NCBI GenBank assembly: GCA_951406725.2
Contig: OX597818.1
Coordinates: 2,108,001-2,172,000 of the forward strand
Direction of reading: 5' to 3'
From: Octopus vulgaris
Taxonomy: Eukaryota
DNA: 64,000 nucleotides
This document shows, piece after piece, positions 26,254 to 39,517 of the stretch; positions within the stretch are counted from its first letter, which is position 1; every line of letters starts with the position of its first letter. Both the position numbers and the translations under genes were made by a program. Below the pieces are notes generated by a model. The model saw only the letters and a program-made list of their open reading frames with translations, made no database searches and was not told where the DNA came from.

Positions 26254-27496
26254 AGCAAAATTATCTCAGAAGATTTGTATATAAGATATAGGATATAAAG
26301 TATATAATTTATGTGTATGAAATATAAATAAAAAGAGTAAAATGCTTGCACAACTTTCTCTCCCTCCAGCTATCACATATTGAATGTTCTACTGGGTATA
26401 GGATGGGAGGCCTGAAAAGGTGTCTACTTGCAGCTATGTTGACACCTAAAGCAATTAGTAAAAGCATTGTACATTATTACCAAGTCATATCTATCTTCCT
26501 CACAAGTGGAAGTTGGCTGTACTTTTATCCTACTTCTCTTTCTTATGAAGTACATTCACTTATCTTGTCACATACACAGACAAACATAAAACATCCTATT
26601 AGTACAATACTAGACTAAAAGATCTTCTGTGTGATTTCTCTACTAGCAAGACACAGCAGTCAAAATTATCTTACATTATACAACCAACAATGACACTCTT
26701 GATAATATAGTTCTGTACACACAATAGGATAGGTTTATAACTAGGATCTTTTTGAATACAGATGAATTTATTTAGTGTTGACCTGAATTTAACCAACAAC
26801 AACATCACAAAACAGCCTGCTAGGATAATAATGTACATAGACATAATGACATCTGACTTTAAACAGAGACACCACAGCTAAATTCTCTAGATCTGCCTTA
26901 AACAGATCTCAGCAAACTAATTGGCAAAGAGAATTCTAGTCATGGATTGTCTTGAGAAAAGATTGGATAGTCAGGACTATAAAGTTTTTGTTGATGAGTC
27001 AGTTCAATGACAGCAGGTCTCAGACTAAGCAATAACTGTTGTCCACTCCCTCACTGTTTTAATTACTTTACCTGATATGTTTCCTCAATAATAGCACACC
27101 TGAAATTAAGAAACTAAAAAGAAATTGTTGTTCTAATACTTAGTTTCTTTAATTACAAATCAGCCATGATGAAACAGTTTATAATTAAAGATGTTCCAAG
27201 CCTTGACCATCTCAACTTTATTTTTCAGACTTAGTGTACCAATGAACATATTTCTAATATATCCATGCTTTTTTTATATATATATAAAAGACAGTTGTAT
27301 GTCATGTGAGAAAGATTTGGCAGCTATTTCTTAAAGGTGGAGTGGCCACTTAGAGGTTGGCTAATTGACTGATGAAACTGAAACTAATATTGACACAATA
27401 TACTAGAAATAGTAAACAAATCTCTGTCAAATTACAATCTGACATCTTAAAGAAAGAAGGATACTGTGAATAATGGAGTCACACACACACACCACA

Positions 27497-27542
<46 letters not shown>

Positions 27543-28866
27543 ACCATAGAAACCATGCCAAAACAATGAAGCTTGGCACAGTCCTCTGGCATGCCAACAT
27601 AGAGAACAAACATTAAATGAGGATGATGATGATGACGACGACAACAACAACGATGATCCTATCTTTTTCTAGGTTAGTATATATATCTGTGTGTATGAAG
27701 TGGGTAGACCTAGGAAGACATGGGATGAAGGAATTTGAAGGAATTCTGGCTATCATATTTTGCAAATCAAGTTATGATCATGTTCCTTTACACTGATGGC
27801 TTTGTTTGAAGAGACTAACTTCTATCCAAAGCAGTTCAATTTGACTAGTGTTAAAAATTCCATGTCTCTTTTTCTTAGTAATTACAAGGCAGTACAGAGT
27901 GATGGTCACCAACATGGCTAAGTTAGTTGCTTACTTTTTTTAGCCAGAGGCAGTCTATTATAATACTATATTGTAAAGTATGTGTTTGCTATAAAAATAT
28001 TTTCATATTAAATGCAGTTGGAAGTAAAAGTTTACAAGCCCAACTTTTTAAAATATCATACTTTTACATAAAAGAGGGTTTGTGTTCTATTTTTAACATC
28101 AAAGTAACCTTGACATTTCTTTTTGTGAGAAAACTATAATCATTGAGAATAAAGGCTAGAAATTAGTTGTATGGGAGCAGTTGAATATTTTCATTGACAT
28201 TGTTCTGAATAACTGAATATGTGAGAAAGCAATAAAACTATGTTGCTGACTCACTGAAATGTAAAGCCCAATATCAAAGCTCAGTCTTTACATTTCAGTG
28301 AGTCATGGTAAACTATTGGTGAATTTGTGTAGTAAGGATTCTAAATGTCTGACTATTGTTAGAAATATACACTGATTCTAATCTATTTGCCCTGAATAAT
28401 AACAAAGTTGTAACAATGAATCATGCAGTACATAATAGCAATTGCTTTCAAGCTAAGATAAATAGCAGCCAAATCTTCCTAAAATGTACATTTAAAAAAA
28501 TATAAGCATACTGATATACAGCGATGAGATGGTCACATCTGTAATGCCTTTAATCATAGGTTCAATCAGTGAGAGCTGAGTTGACACTAAACAATACCAA
28601 TAGCAACAACAAAACCCTCAGGTTTACCATTATTGATGTTGACTTGATGAAAGTCAGATCTAATGAGATTATTGAGATAATAATGTAATATTGAGTAGAT
28701 GTACATTGTGTATAAGATATGGGGAAATTCCTGAACAGACACTCCACAGAAACTTTCTTTTGGTTAGACAGCAACAACACTGATATTAGTTATGTACTGT
28801 CAACAGAGTTGTGGTTATATGGAATCTTATAAAATTCAGACAAGTAATAAACATTATGACAATATA

Positions 28867-29772
28867 TACAGGGCTAAATTTAATGATTTTTTTATATCTC
28901 CTTTTTCTTCAGAAACAGCTTACTGTATTGGTGAACAGTCACCAGTGTTGGAGGACAAAAATATTTAAAGTTGTAGTTGAGTAAAAGTTAGCTGACATGG
29001 AGGACCAGAAGCCATCTATATATTGGAATAAATAGTTACCTGCATCATGAGGATTTTCACCAGATATCAAAATCTCGATAACATGACTGCTGCACAATGC
29101 TCTGTGAATATTATAAAGGCTATCAGACATGACACGGACTGCTGCAATGGGGACCACAAAGCCATGGCCAGCATGAATAGGACACAACAAGCATTCTAAC
29201 TGCATCCTCACACTGCAATTCATCACCACATCTTTAAATAGCGTCTTAGGCTCAATTCAGACAGCTTTTAGAAACTCCTGGAGACTGTGGTCAATCCTTA
29301 GCTAGAGAGGGCTACTGCTGAAAGGCCATATGTGTAGCAACAGCATTGGACTCCTTGCCATACCCCCAGAAAGAATCAGAAGTGGTTATTGGAGAATTTC
29401 TATGATTTCATCAGCCCCAATTTCATATTTCCTAATTCCCTCAATAATCCTATGCATTACTATGTGTAGGGCACAGTTGAGAAAAACACCAACTACTCAG
29501 CCTGCAACACCAAGACTGAGCTAGTAGCCAAGATCAAAGAGGTATATGAAGATCTTCACAGGGACACAGTGAGGAATGCATGTGCCTGGTTCTAGAGAAC
29601 AGTTTGAGGCTATGGTGAAAGCTGAGAGTGGCTATTTTGAGTAAATTATTATCTCCCAGCTACAACTTAGTTTATATTTTTAGATTCTTTAAAAATACTT
29701 TTATTTTTGGATGGGATATTATGTTTTCTTTTCCTCTTATGTAAGCTTTCAAATTTAGCCCAAACACACCGT
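28867..29772 (+). mobile_element. Decayed Tc1/mariner transposon
   Basis: Pseudo-translation PCHT..NQKWLLENF...PNS.NNPMHYYV*GTVE...NTKTELVAKIKE...RNAC...AESGYFE; partial TIRs gggctaaattt / aaatttagccc. Confidence 0.75.
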
Positions 29773-29956
29773 ATGTTCTCTACTTATGACTTCCAACAAC
29801 AATTGCTGGATGCAAAAATCAACCAGGTATATAAGGCCTTGTTGATAATGATACTGTCACATGATGATTTGAATAGACACATGAGGAAACTTCAGCTAAA
29901 GACCACTGGTATACATGAAGACAGCTCTGAACAAGGTCATACAAATAAAGAAATCT

Positions 29957-32853
29957 TCATCATCATCATTTAATGTCCGTTCTCCATGCTAGCATGGGTT
30001 GGACGGTTCGACCGGGGATCTGGGAAGCCAGAAGGCTGCACCAGGCTCCAGTCTGATCTGGCAGTGTTTCTACAGCTGGATGCCCTTCCTAATGCCAACC
30101 ACTCCGAGAGTGTAGTGGGTGCTTTTTACGTGCCACTGGCACAGGTGCCAGGCGAGGCTGGCAACGGCCACGATCGGATTGGTGCTTTTTACGTGCCACC
30201 GGTATGGAAGCCAGTCTAGGCGGCGCTGGCATCAGCCACATTTGGATGGTGCTTTTTACGTGCCACCGGTATGGAAGCCAGTCTAGGCGGCGCTGGCATC
30301 AGCCACATTTGGATGGTGCTTTTTACGTGCCACCGGTATGGAAGCCAGTCTAGGCGGCGCTGGCATCAGCCACATTTGGATGGTGCTTTTTACGTGCTAC
30401 CGGTATGGAAGCCAGTCTAGGCGGCGCTGGCATCGACCATGTTTGGATGGTGCTTTTTACGTGCAGTTTCCATTGATCTTTGATGTTGGTGTCTTTGACT
30501 CAATGGATCTCCTCAAGCACAGGGTCAAAACGGTGTTTCTTTACTTGCCACCTGTATAGGAGTCAGTCCAGCGGCCCTGGCAACTGCCAGGTGCCAATCA
30601 TAGGATTGGTTCAATTTCGAATTCGATTTCAACTTCGCTTGCCTCAACAGGTCTTCGTGTGTCCAAGGAAGGAAAGGCATGCATAAGTGGGCTGGCTACA
30701 TCCCTGGCAAGGGACACGGGATGGACTCACTTGTCCTGCCAGGTCTTCTCATGCACAGCATATTTCCAAAGGTCTTGGTCACTAGTCATTGCCTTGGTGA
30801 GGCTTAAAGTTCGAAGGTCGTGCTTCACCACCTCGTCCCAGGTTTTCTTGGGTCTACCTCTTCCATGGGTTCCCTCAACTGCTAGAGATTGGCACTTTTT
30901 TCACACACCTATCTTCATCCATTCTTGCCACATGACCATACCAGCGCAATCGTCTCTCTTGCACACCACAGCTGATGCTTCTTAGGTCCAACTTTTCTCT
31001 CAAGGTACTTACACTTTGTCGAGTATGTACACTGATATTACACATCCATCGGATCATACTGGCTTCATTCCTCATGAGCTTACGCATGTCCTCAGCAGTC
31101 ACGGCCCATGTTTCACTGCCATGTAGCATGGCTGTTCGTACACATGCATCATACAGTCTGCCTTTTACTCTGAGCGAGAGGCCTTTAGTCACCAGCAGAG
31201 GTAAGAGCTCCCTGAACTTTGCCCAGGCTATTCTTATTCCAGCAGTTACACTTTCAGCACACCCACCCCTGCTACTGACTTGGTCACCTAGGTAACGGAA
31301 GCTATCAACTACTTCTAGTTTTTCCCCCTGGAAAGTGACAGAAGTTGTTTTCAGCAGATTTTCAGTGTTTATTGCTCCTGAGCATCTGCCACATACAAAA
31401 ACTATCTTCCCAGTTAGCCTTCCTTTGACATTGCTGCATCTCTTATGTGTCCATAGCTTACACTGGGTACATCTTATAGAGTTTCTACCTATGCCTTTTC
31501 TACAGATCGAGCAGGTGTTTGTGGTTTGTCTACCTTCCTACTTATTAGGACTTTTGTTTTAGCTAGGTTGACTCTAATGCCCTTCAATTCTAATCCTTCC
31601 TTCCACACCTGAAACTTCTCCTCCAGTTCTGATAGTGACTCAGCGATTAGAGCTAGGTCATCAGCATAGAGGAGCTCCCAGGGGCATTCTGTCTTGAATT
31701 CCTTCGTAATTGCCTGGAGGACTATGATAAATAGGAGGGGGCTGAGGACTGAACCTTGGTGGACCACAACCTCTACCTTGAATTCTTCAGTGTACACGTT
31801 GCCAACCCTTATCTTACTTAGAGCATCCCTGTACATGGCTTGCACAGCTCTCACTAGCCATTCATCTATCCCTAGTTTCCTCATTGACCACCAGATAAGG
31901 GATTAATGGACCCTGTCAAAGGCTTTCTCCATGGTACTGGGGCTTATCTTTGGCTAGGTATTTCTCCTGCAGCTGTCTCACCAGAAATATGGCATCAGTG
32001 GTGCTTTTCCCTGGCATGAAACCAAACTGCATCTCATCCAAGTTGACTCTCTCCCTAATCAATTGGGCTATGACCCTCTCCGTAACCTTCATTACCTGAT
32101 CCAACAGTTTGATACCTCTGTAATTATTTGTATCTAGGGCGTCACCTTTACTTTTGCAGTAGTTGACTATTATGCTGCTACACCAGTCATTGGGTATGAC
32201 TCCTTCATGTATCACCTGGTTAACTATACAGGTGACTAGGCTATAGCCAACACTGCCAGATATTTTGATCATCCCTGCAGTAATTCCTGATGGGCCTGGG
32301 GCTTTCCCTCTCTTCATGCTTCTAATTGCCTTAACTACCAAAGAACTGTCAACTCGGATAGCTGGTCCCTCTGTTGGGTCGACATTCGGCAGACTCTCTA
32401 TATCCCATTCATTTTCTTTATTCAGCAAACTTTCATAGTGTCATCTCCAAGCCTCTCTCTTTGCATCCTCATTTAGCGCAAGTGAACCATCATCCATGCG
32501 AACACATTTCTCTCCTACCACATCACGATTCTCTCTCACACTGCAACACGAAATACCTCAAGTCTTTGGTCCTCATGGCACAGAACATTGGCAAATTTTT
32601 TCTTATCTGCTTCCCCTCTGGCTAAATAAACCTGTCTCCTAGCTTCCCTTCTGGCAGTCTGATACAGTTCCCTGCTACCTCCATTCTTCCAGTCCTTCCA
32701 AGCCTGTTTCTTTTGTCTAATAGCCCTGTCAACCACATTGTTCCACCACCACGTTACCTTGGGTCGAGTGGGGACTTTGCACCAGCCACAGATCTGGTCA
32801 GTGGCTCTCAGCAGGTTGTGCCATAGAAACCTCCAGTTATCTTCCAAATCCAT
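29957..32853 (-). mobile_element. 5'-truncated RTE LINE
   Basis: KAPGPSGI, NYRGIKLL, QFGFMPGKSTTDAIF, HQGSVLSPLLF, LLYADDL, MLHGSETW, RLRWYGHV; (GAT)n tail; frameshifts. Confidence 0.93.
30181..30462. repeat. 67-bp minisatellite, ~4.2 copies, in RTE 3' UTR
   Basis: Unit ggtgctttttacgtgccaccggtatggaagccagtctaggcggcgctggcatcagccacatttggat starts at 30181, 30248, 30315, 30382 and 30449. Confidence 0.95.
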
Positions 32854-34656
32854 GTGAATTACCTATTTGCAGCTCACAAACTTCATGAAGTCAAACAAGT
32901 TGTCATAAATATCTGTCAGGCGGACTGGGGAACAAACTGATTTTGTACGTAGCTGAAATGGAGCCAAGCAAACAAGAACACCAAATGTACAACTCAGTAT
33001 AAAAATAACAGCTAATAACTTTAACATGGGGACATGATAAGATCAGAAATATAAACAGAAATACAAACAGTACTTCATTCTATCTAAGATCAAAGCTAAT
33101 GTTAATAACATATTTACTAATACCACTACCACAAAGTTCATACAAAAGACAAGGGTAGCAAGAAAACTATAAAACAAAATAGCATATTCTGTAGAAGAGC
33201 AGAACCCCACCTAGCAATTTGATGGTTAAAATGTTGTGGGTAGAACTATAAGAACTTCAAAAGGTCTGGAATAAGGTTGAAGAATATAAAGAAGCTCAAT
33301 GCAAAGGAAAACATCAGGTATACTTTGCTATGATAGGAGCTGAAATTTAGAAATGATATTGTATTCTGCAAGGAAGAGGAGCATGAAATATTCCAAATTA
33401 CAAGGCAGTGTGATCCCCAAAAACACAACCGTTCTACTGTTTGAGAGAGAGAAAGACTTTATTTACAGGATGTGTACAATAAGAGTGTGTATGGGTGCTA
33501 GCAGAGTGGAGTGTCAGAGTGCGTGCAACACATGTGTCTGTGTGTCCGTTGTAAGTACAACAATGGTGCGTGCAACAAGTGTTTGTGTCTGTGTGTTTGT
33601 GTGTGTTATAAGAATGAAATAACAATACAGAGCAAAGAAAGAATGTCCAGACACAAGATGGAGATAAATTACCAGTTCGTACGGGTACACAATAGCAGTG
33701 GTTCTGTGTCAATGAAGTTGGTGGCAAAGAGAAGAGCGGTTACTACACATGTAGAAGTTGGTGCTTCAATCCATTACCAGGTTACATTGGTACAGAAGAT
33801 CTCGCAGGTAGTGCTGGACTGGTGAATATACACAAACAGTGTGTAAGCTAAACCTGAGCAAGTGCTGTGTAGGTATCGTTGAAGTCAATGGTGGTGATGG
33901 CGACAGTAGAGAACGGTGATGTTGAGATGAGGGCGACGATGGTGGAAAACGTCCTGCTTGATGGTGTATGTTGGCATCGTCGCTGGCTGGAGCAGGAACA
34001 TGGCTGGGTCACTGGAACTGGCTGCTCTGTGGTGGTATGATCAATGGCCGGAGATCAAAGATGAGATATAGTGAATTGCTTACGCCTCTTAAAGCAAAAG
34101 GGAGGCTCAAATTGGATTGTGAATAAGCTGTCTCACATGATCTTATTGGAAGGTTCTGATTGGTTGGTTTACACATTGGCGCGAAATAAGTCAAGAGACA
34201 AACTGCGCCAATGCCAACCAATCAGAGTAGTGGACACAACAGGGTCCAAATAGCAGCCAAAAGTTAACTGTTATCTGCTATGACATTATTTGTACTGCAT
34301 ATCTCAGAGAACATGGATGCATTCCACCAATGCTACAAAAGCTATCTACTTATTTTCGCCACATGCACAATGCTTTTGTTTTATTCTAATAGTATGATAT
34401 CTCATGATATCTGTTTCAGTTTTTATCAATAAATATTTTTACTATTCATTATAAACCCTCATCACCATATTACCACAATCCCCACAATCAATTGGTTTGC
34501 TTTAGAAGTATAACCCAGTTTCTAATTTATACTATGTTGTGATGTGTGTATGTGTGTGTGTGTGTGTGTGTATGTGTGTGTGTGTGTGTGCATTCAGTAT
34601 TTGATTACCTTTGTATGAGTATAATGTTTTGTTTTGTTTTTTAAAATTAATTACAG

Positions 34657-34771
34657 ATGATGCATTAAATTTAAACGAATTACAAAATTCTGCTCCTCGT
34701 ATCAAACGTGCATCACAGTCAACTCATAAAATGCATACAATTGAAGTTTTGGCACTTGTGGATGAAAGAAA
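34657..34771 (+). CDS. M12B metalloprotease exon D (furin site and start of catalytic domain)
   Basis: ttacag acceptor, gtaagt donor, 115 nt, phase 1/2; YDALNLNELQNSAPRIKR|ASQSTHKMHTIEVLALVDERK. RxKR followed by IEVLALVD is typical of reprolysin domain starts. Confidence 0.88.
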
Positions 34772-35015
34772 GTAAGTTGGTAAATGAATTCTTTAGCTTA
34801 TTACAAATAACGCCAAATAAATATAAGTTCATTAAAGAATATAGAAATAAAAAAAAAACCTCATCTATATAAAAAAAACATTTAGATATTTACAGAATAC
34901 ATTCTTTATAGTTTGTGTTCAGGTTTTTTGAAGTAATGTCAGAAATGAGAAAATTACTATTTTTAAATCTCACAACATGAGATATTCAGCAACAGTACTT
35001 TGTAGTAAAGATTGC

Positions 35016-35563
35016 TTGCCAACATAACAGGGCAGTCCTAGTTTAGGATAAATGTTGCTGTAATTTAGCCCCAAGAGACATCGTCTCCAGCTGGCTCTAA
35101 AACATGATCTGTGTCGTATATCAGTGCAGTCATAAATTTTCAAACAAGGGGATCTAGCACCCCCGCTCAGCTCAAAACAGTATCTATGTATCGCAATACT
35201 CATGTTGTGAGATTTAAAAATAGCAATTTTCTCATTTATAAATCAGTGACTAGTTGTCACTTTGAAAACTATATATTTCGAACAGGAATGTGGCAACTCT
35301 ACTTCTAGCCGAACAATTATTCTGTGCTGATGAAAAGAAATAAGCCAGAAATCACGATACACTGATATTGTTTTGAGCTGAGCTGGGGTGCTAGATTCCC
35401 TTGTTTGAAAATATAAGGACACAGATTGTGTCGTATAGCCAGCTGGAGACAATGTCTCCTGGGACTAAGTTACAGCAACATTCTTCCTAAACCGGAACTG
35501 CCATGTTATGTTGGCAAATAGAAATGCGAAAAGTTTGTCTGGTTTTGGCATTGGAATGGGTTA
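35016..35563. mobile_element. MITE-like element with long imperfect inverted repeats
   Basis: 35016-35193 versus 35355-35517 inverted; right end gggTTAA. Confidence 0.55.
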
Positions 35564-36033
35564 AAGGGCACTAGATCCCGTCGGATTCACTCCAAAATTT
35601 ACAAGGACATGTAAAATGAGGTGAGGATGTGAGTGGGCTAGGTTAGAAATCCCTATCTCAAACGCTGTGGTTACTTGGGCAAAAACCCCACACTTTGACA
35701 AGTTTTTCTCGTTTCTCTCATTTTCTTATCTGCCTGTCTTCCTCCATGTCTCACTCTTTCCTCCCTTCCCTTCACTTTCTCTCTATAACGACGTTTGACA
35801 GTGTCTACTATCTTTCCCCCGCCGTCTTCACTCTTTCTTCCACATCCTCTCTCTCTCTACGTCTGTCTGCATTCATAGAGATAATTATTATCGCCACCAC
35901 CACCACACAATCATGAGAACAAATATTATGAATCAGATATTTATTGGGTTAATTTATATATGTGTGTGTGTGTGTTCTATATATAAATATGTATATATAA
36001 TGTATATATACGAAGTGTATATATCTCTATTTG

Positions 36034-36065
<32 letters not shown>

Positions 36066-36167
36066 GTATACATTTGTATATATAATGCGTACACACACAC
36101 ACATTTATATATAATGCGGATATATGTACACATATATATTTAATGCATATATATATATATATATATA

Positions 36168-38746
36168 CCGCAGTAAACACATAAATGTGAAACAAGGTGG
36201 AAAAAAGAGTACTCAAATACCAGTGGTAGAGTAATATGCTTTATTTTAAGCAGCAGAAAATTCAACAAAATCTGTTACTCTGAGTTTCTCGTTGCCGTTC
36301 ATCAGACAGTTTTTGCTAGAATGGAACTGATATATCAATTCAAACTATACTCTTACAAACGCTACACCTTTAAAAAGAAATGGACTTGTTTGATTGGCCC
36401 TTTAGAAAAAAACGGTCAATCTTCGAGCGATAAACAAAAAGGTCAAAAATATATGTATATATATATATATAAAAAACTTATAAAAATTATAAAATCCGAG
36501 GAAAAAAACCTATTGACGTTAATGAAGACAGTGCAAATTAATGCATAGAAATTAAACCTGTTATAAATACTGCAATACATATTTATATTAAAATCTACAT
36601 ATATATATCAATATACACAAAAGGATGCGCGTAAACGCCATACATACATATACAGACGTATGAATATAAATCTAAATATACACATAAAAGCATGTGTACA
36701 TATATTCACGCAAACCGTCTCGCACGCAAGCTAAAATTCATCTATGTAGCAATTCTCATATACTGAGCAAGGAGGGGGAACGAAAGAAAGGAGAGAGAGA
36801 AAAAGGAACGAAGGAGGGGTGGGGAAAAACGAAATAAGAAAAAAATTATGTATACAAGCAGTGTAACGGTATTATTGGCATATATAGAGACCAGTATACA
36901 TACACAAGTTTGAATGGATACATATACATACAATCGTGTATATGTGTGCTTAAGCACAAACATACTTTCACTTACACATACACTGATACGCATGCTTACA
37001 AATACATATGCTTTGCTATGCACATACTTATATAAACATTCTAATTTTGACAACATTGCTTTTTTAAAAAAACATTGCTTTTAAAAAATGGTGCATTAAT
37101 AAAAATATATACGAAAGACATATAAAATAAAATATAACATCCTATTTTGGGTCATTTATAAATAATCAAGGTAATATAAATAATCAAGGTAATCCTATGC
37201 AATACAATAACATGAAAACAAAGTTTGTAGGTTTTTCCTAATATATATGTAGAAACATAAGACTTTGCTATACGGATTAAGATCCGCATAGCTTGAAACA
37301 AAAACAAAATCCATCGTAGCGCTCATCGTTCAAGAGTCAAAATCAAAATCAAAAATACAAAATATATACTCTATCCATATGGTATATTTATATTCGACAT
37401 TTTAAATTTAGCCGCATGCCTACATAAGTTCATTAGCTCACTTCTTTGATTCAAAGAATTATTGTCTTATAAGTGCAAGCTTTGTCTATTAGAAAAAATG
37501 TACATCTTATTCAAAGACAATAATTCTTTGAATCAAAGAAGTGAGCTAATGAACTTATGTAGGCATGCGGCTAAATTTAAAATGTCGAATATAAATATAC
37601 CATATGGATAGAGTATATATTTTGTATTTTTGATTTTGATTTTGACTCTTGAACGATGAGCGCTACGATGGATTTTGTTTTTGTTTCCAAGCTATGCGGA
37701 TCTTAATCCGTATAGCAAAGTCTTATGTTTCTACATATATATTAGGAAAAACCTACAAACTTTGTTTTCATGTTATTGTATTGCATAGGATTACCTTGAT
37801 TATTTATATTACCTTGATTATTTATAAATGACCCAAAATAGGATGTTATATTTTATTTTATATGTCTTTCGTATATATTTTTATTAATGCACCCATTTTT
37901 TAAAAGCAATGTTTTTTTTAAAAAAGCAATGTTGTCAAAATTAGAATGTTTATATAAGTATGTGCATAGCAAAGCATATGTATTTGTAAGCATGCGTATC
38001 TGTATATGTGTAAGTGAAAGTATGTTTGTGCTTAAGCACACATATACACGATTGTATGTATATGTATCCATTCAAACTTGTGTATGTATACTGGTCTCTA
38101 TATATGCCAATAATACCGTTACACTGCTTGTATACATAATTTTTTTCTTATTTCGTTTTTTCCCCACCCCTCCTTCGTTCCTTTTCTCTCTCTCCCTTTC
38201 TTTCGTTCCCCCTCCTTGCTCAGTATATGAGAATTGCTACATAGATGAATTTTAGCTTGCGTGCGAGACGGTTTGCGTGAATATATGTACACATGCTTTT
38301 ATGTGTATATTTAGATTTATATTCATACGTCTGTATATGTATGTATGGCGTTTACGCGCATCCTTTTGTGTATGTTGATATATATATGTAGATTTTAATA
38401 TAAATATGTATTGCAGTATTTATAACAGGTTTAATTTCTATGCATTAATTTGCACTGTCTTCATTAACGTCAATAGGTTTTTTCCTCGGATTTTATAATT
38501 TTTATAAGTTTTTTATATATATATATATACATATATTTTTGACCTTTTTGTTTATCGCTCGAAGATTGACCGTTTTTTTCTAAAGGGCCAATCAAACAAG
38601 TCCATTTCTTTTTAAAGGTGTAGCGTTTGTAAGAGTATAGTTTGAATTGATATATCAGTTCCATTCTAGCAAAAACTGTCTGATGAACGGCAACGAGAAA
38701 CTCAGAGTAACAGATTTTGTTGAATTTTCTGCTGCTTAAAATAAAG
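36168..38746. mobile_element. Fold-back PLE-type insertion: ~1.23-kb inverted arms, 45-nt spacer, one-sided tail
   Basis: 36239-37468 is the near-perfect reverse complement of 37514-38746; 36168-36238 unpaired; inserted in (TA)n. Confidence 0.88.
38676..38713 (+). ncRNA. Minimal type I hammerhead motif (mirror copy 36272-36309, minus)
   Basis: CUGU-CUGAUGA-ACG(GCAA)CGA-GAAA-CUC(A)GAG-UA-ACAG; GNRA-capped stem II with an A-A first pair; near-palindromic stem III. Confidence 0.72.
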
Positions 38747-39517
38747 TATATATATATATATATAATGTGTGCATTATGTGGTTGCTTGAGCTGAAAATAT
38801 GCACACCTATATTAAAAGTGCTGGTGAGTTTGCATGGCAACTATTTTTATCCTCAAATGAAAGGCGTGACCTCTAGGACAAAATTCCTCATCTTATAAAA
38901 TGTGGCTCGAGTAGACCAGAATGAAGTCGGGTTATATTAATCAAAATGTGAAAAGGGGTCTAAATGGGGCTGGAATGGGATTAAAATTTACAGGAGCAGT
39001 TGTTTAGGAATTTTCTTTTATATCAAGTTCAAAATTTTACTCCAGCCGTTCAACAGCCACTACGTTGTTGTCCGTCGTTAAGAAATGCCAGCCATGGTGA
39101 GCCTACTATCTTCAGATTCTATCCCTTCAAACTTTGGTTTCCAATATTTTTTTTTTTTAATTCAGCTCGCAAGTTCGTCTGTCTCTTTTAAATGTTAGTG
39201 TTTTGCTGTCTGTCTTGGAGCAGACCTTTCCGTTGTCACTGCCTGTTATTTATGATTGATCTTTCAAAATATTTCTTTCTCAACTTACTCAAGACCTTTT
39301 GTTGTTTATAAATGGGAGAGAGAGAGATAGAGAAAGATAGAGAGTAAGAGAAAGCGAGGGAGAGTCTGAGAGAAAGGAAGAGTAACACAGTGGGAAAGTG
39401 AGAGAGAAAGGAGAGAGAAACAAAGAGGAAGATTGTGGTGATAAAAAACAGAAAGGAAGCAACAGAAAGTAACAACCACACTCTTACCCACACGTAGAGC
39501 GGATCACCTTAAGCTAG

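Larger units (their letters stand above)
35565..39517 (+). mobile_element. Helitron family A copy interrupted by a fold-back PLE
   Basis: Homology to 9640-10130 and 11940-13224; ends with hairpin-like segment plus CTAG at 39514-39517. Confidence 0.7.

Noticed and set aside
28912-28929. Possible micro-exon after ctttttcttcag
   Set aside because: Joining to exon C creates TAA; lies inside a Tc1/mariner relic.
30181-30462. Regularly spaced repeats resembling a CRISPR array
   Set aside because: Whole units are repeated with no unique spacers; eukaryotic LINE context; no cas genes.
32901-34285. Possible solo LTR (TGTCATA...TATGACA ends, CCAAT-like boxes)
   Set aside because: No target-site duplication and no second copy or internal domain in the window; unsupported.
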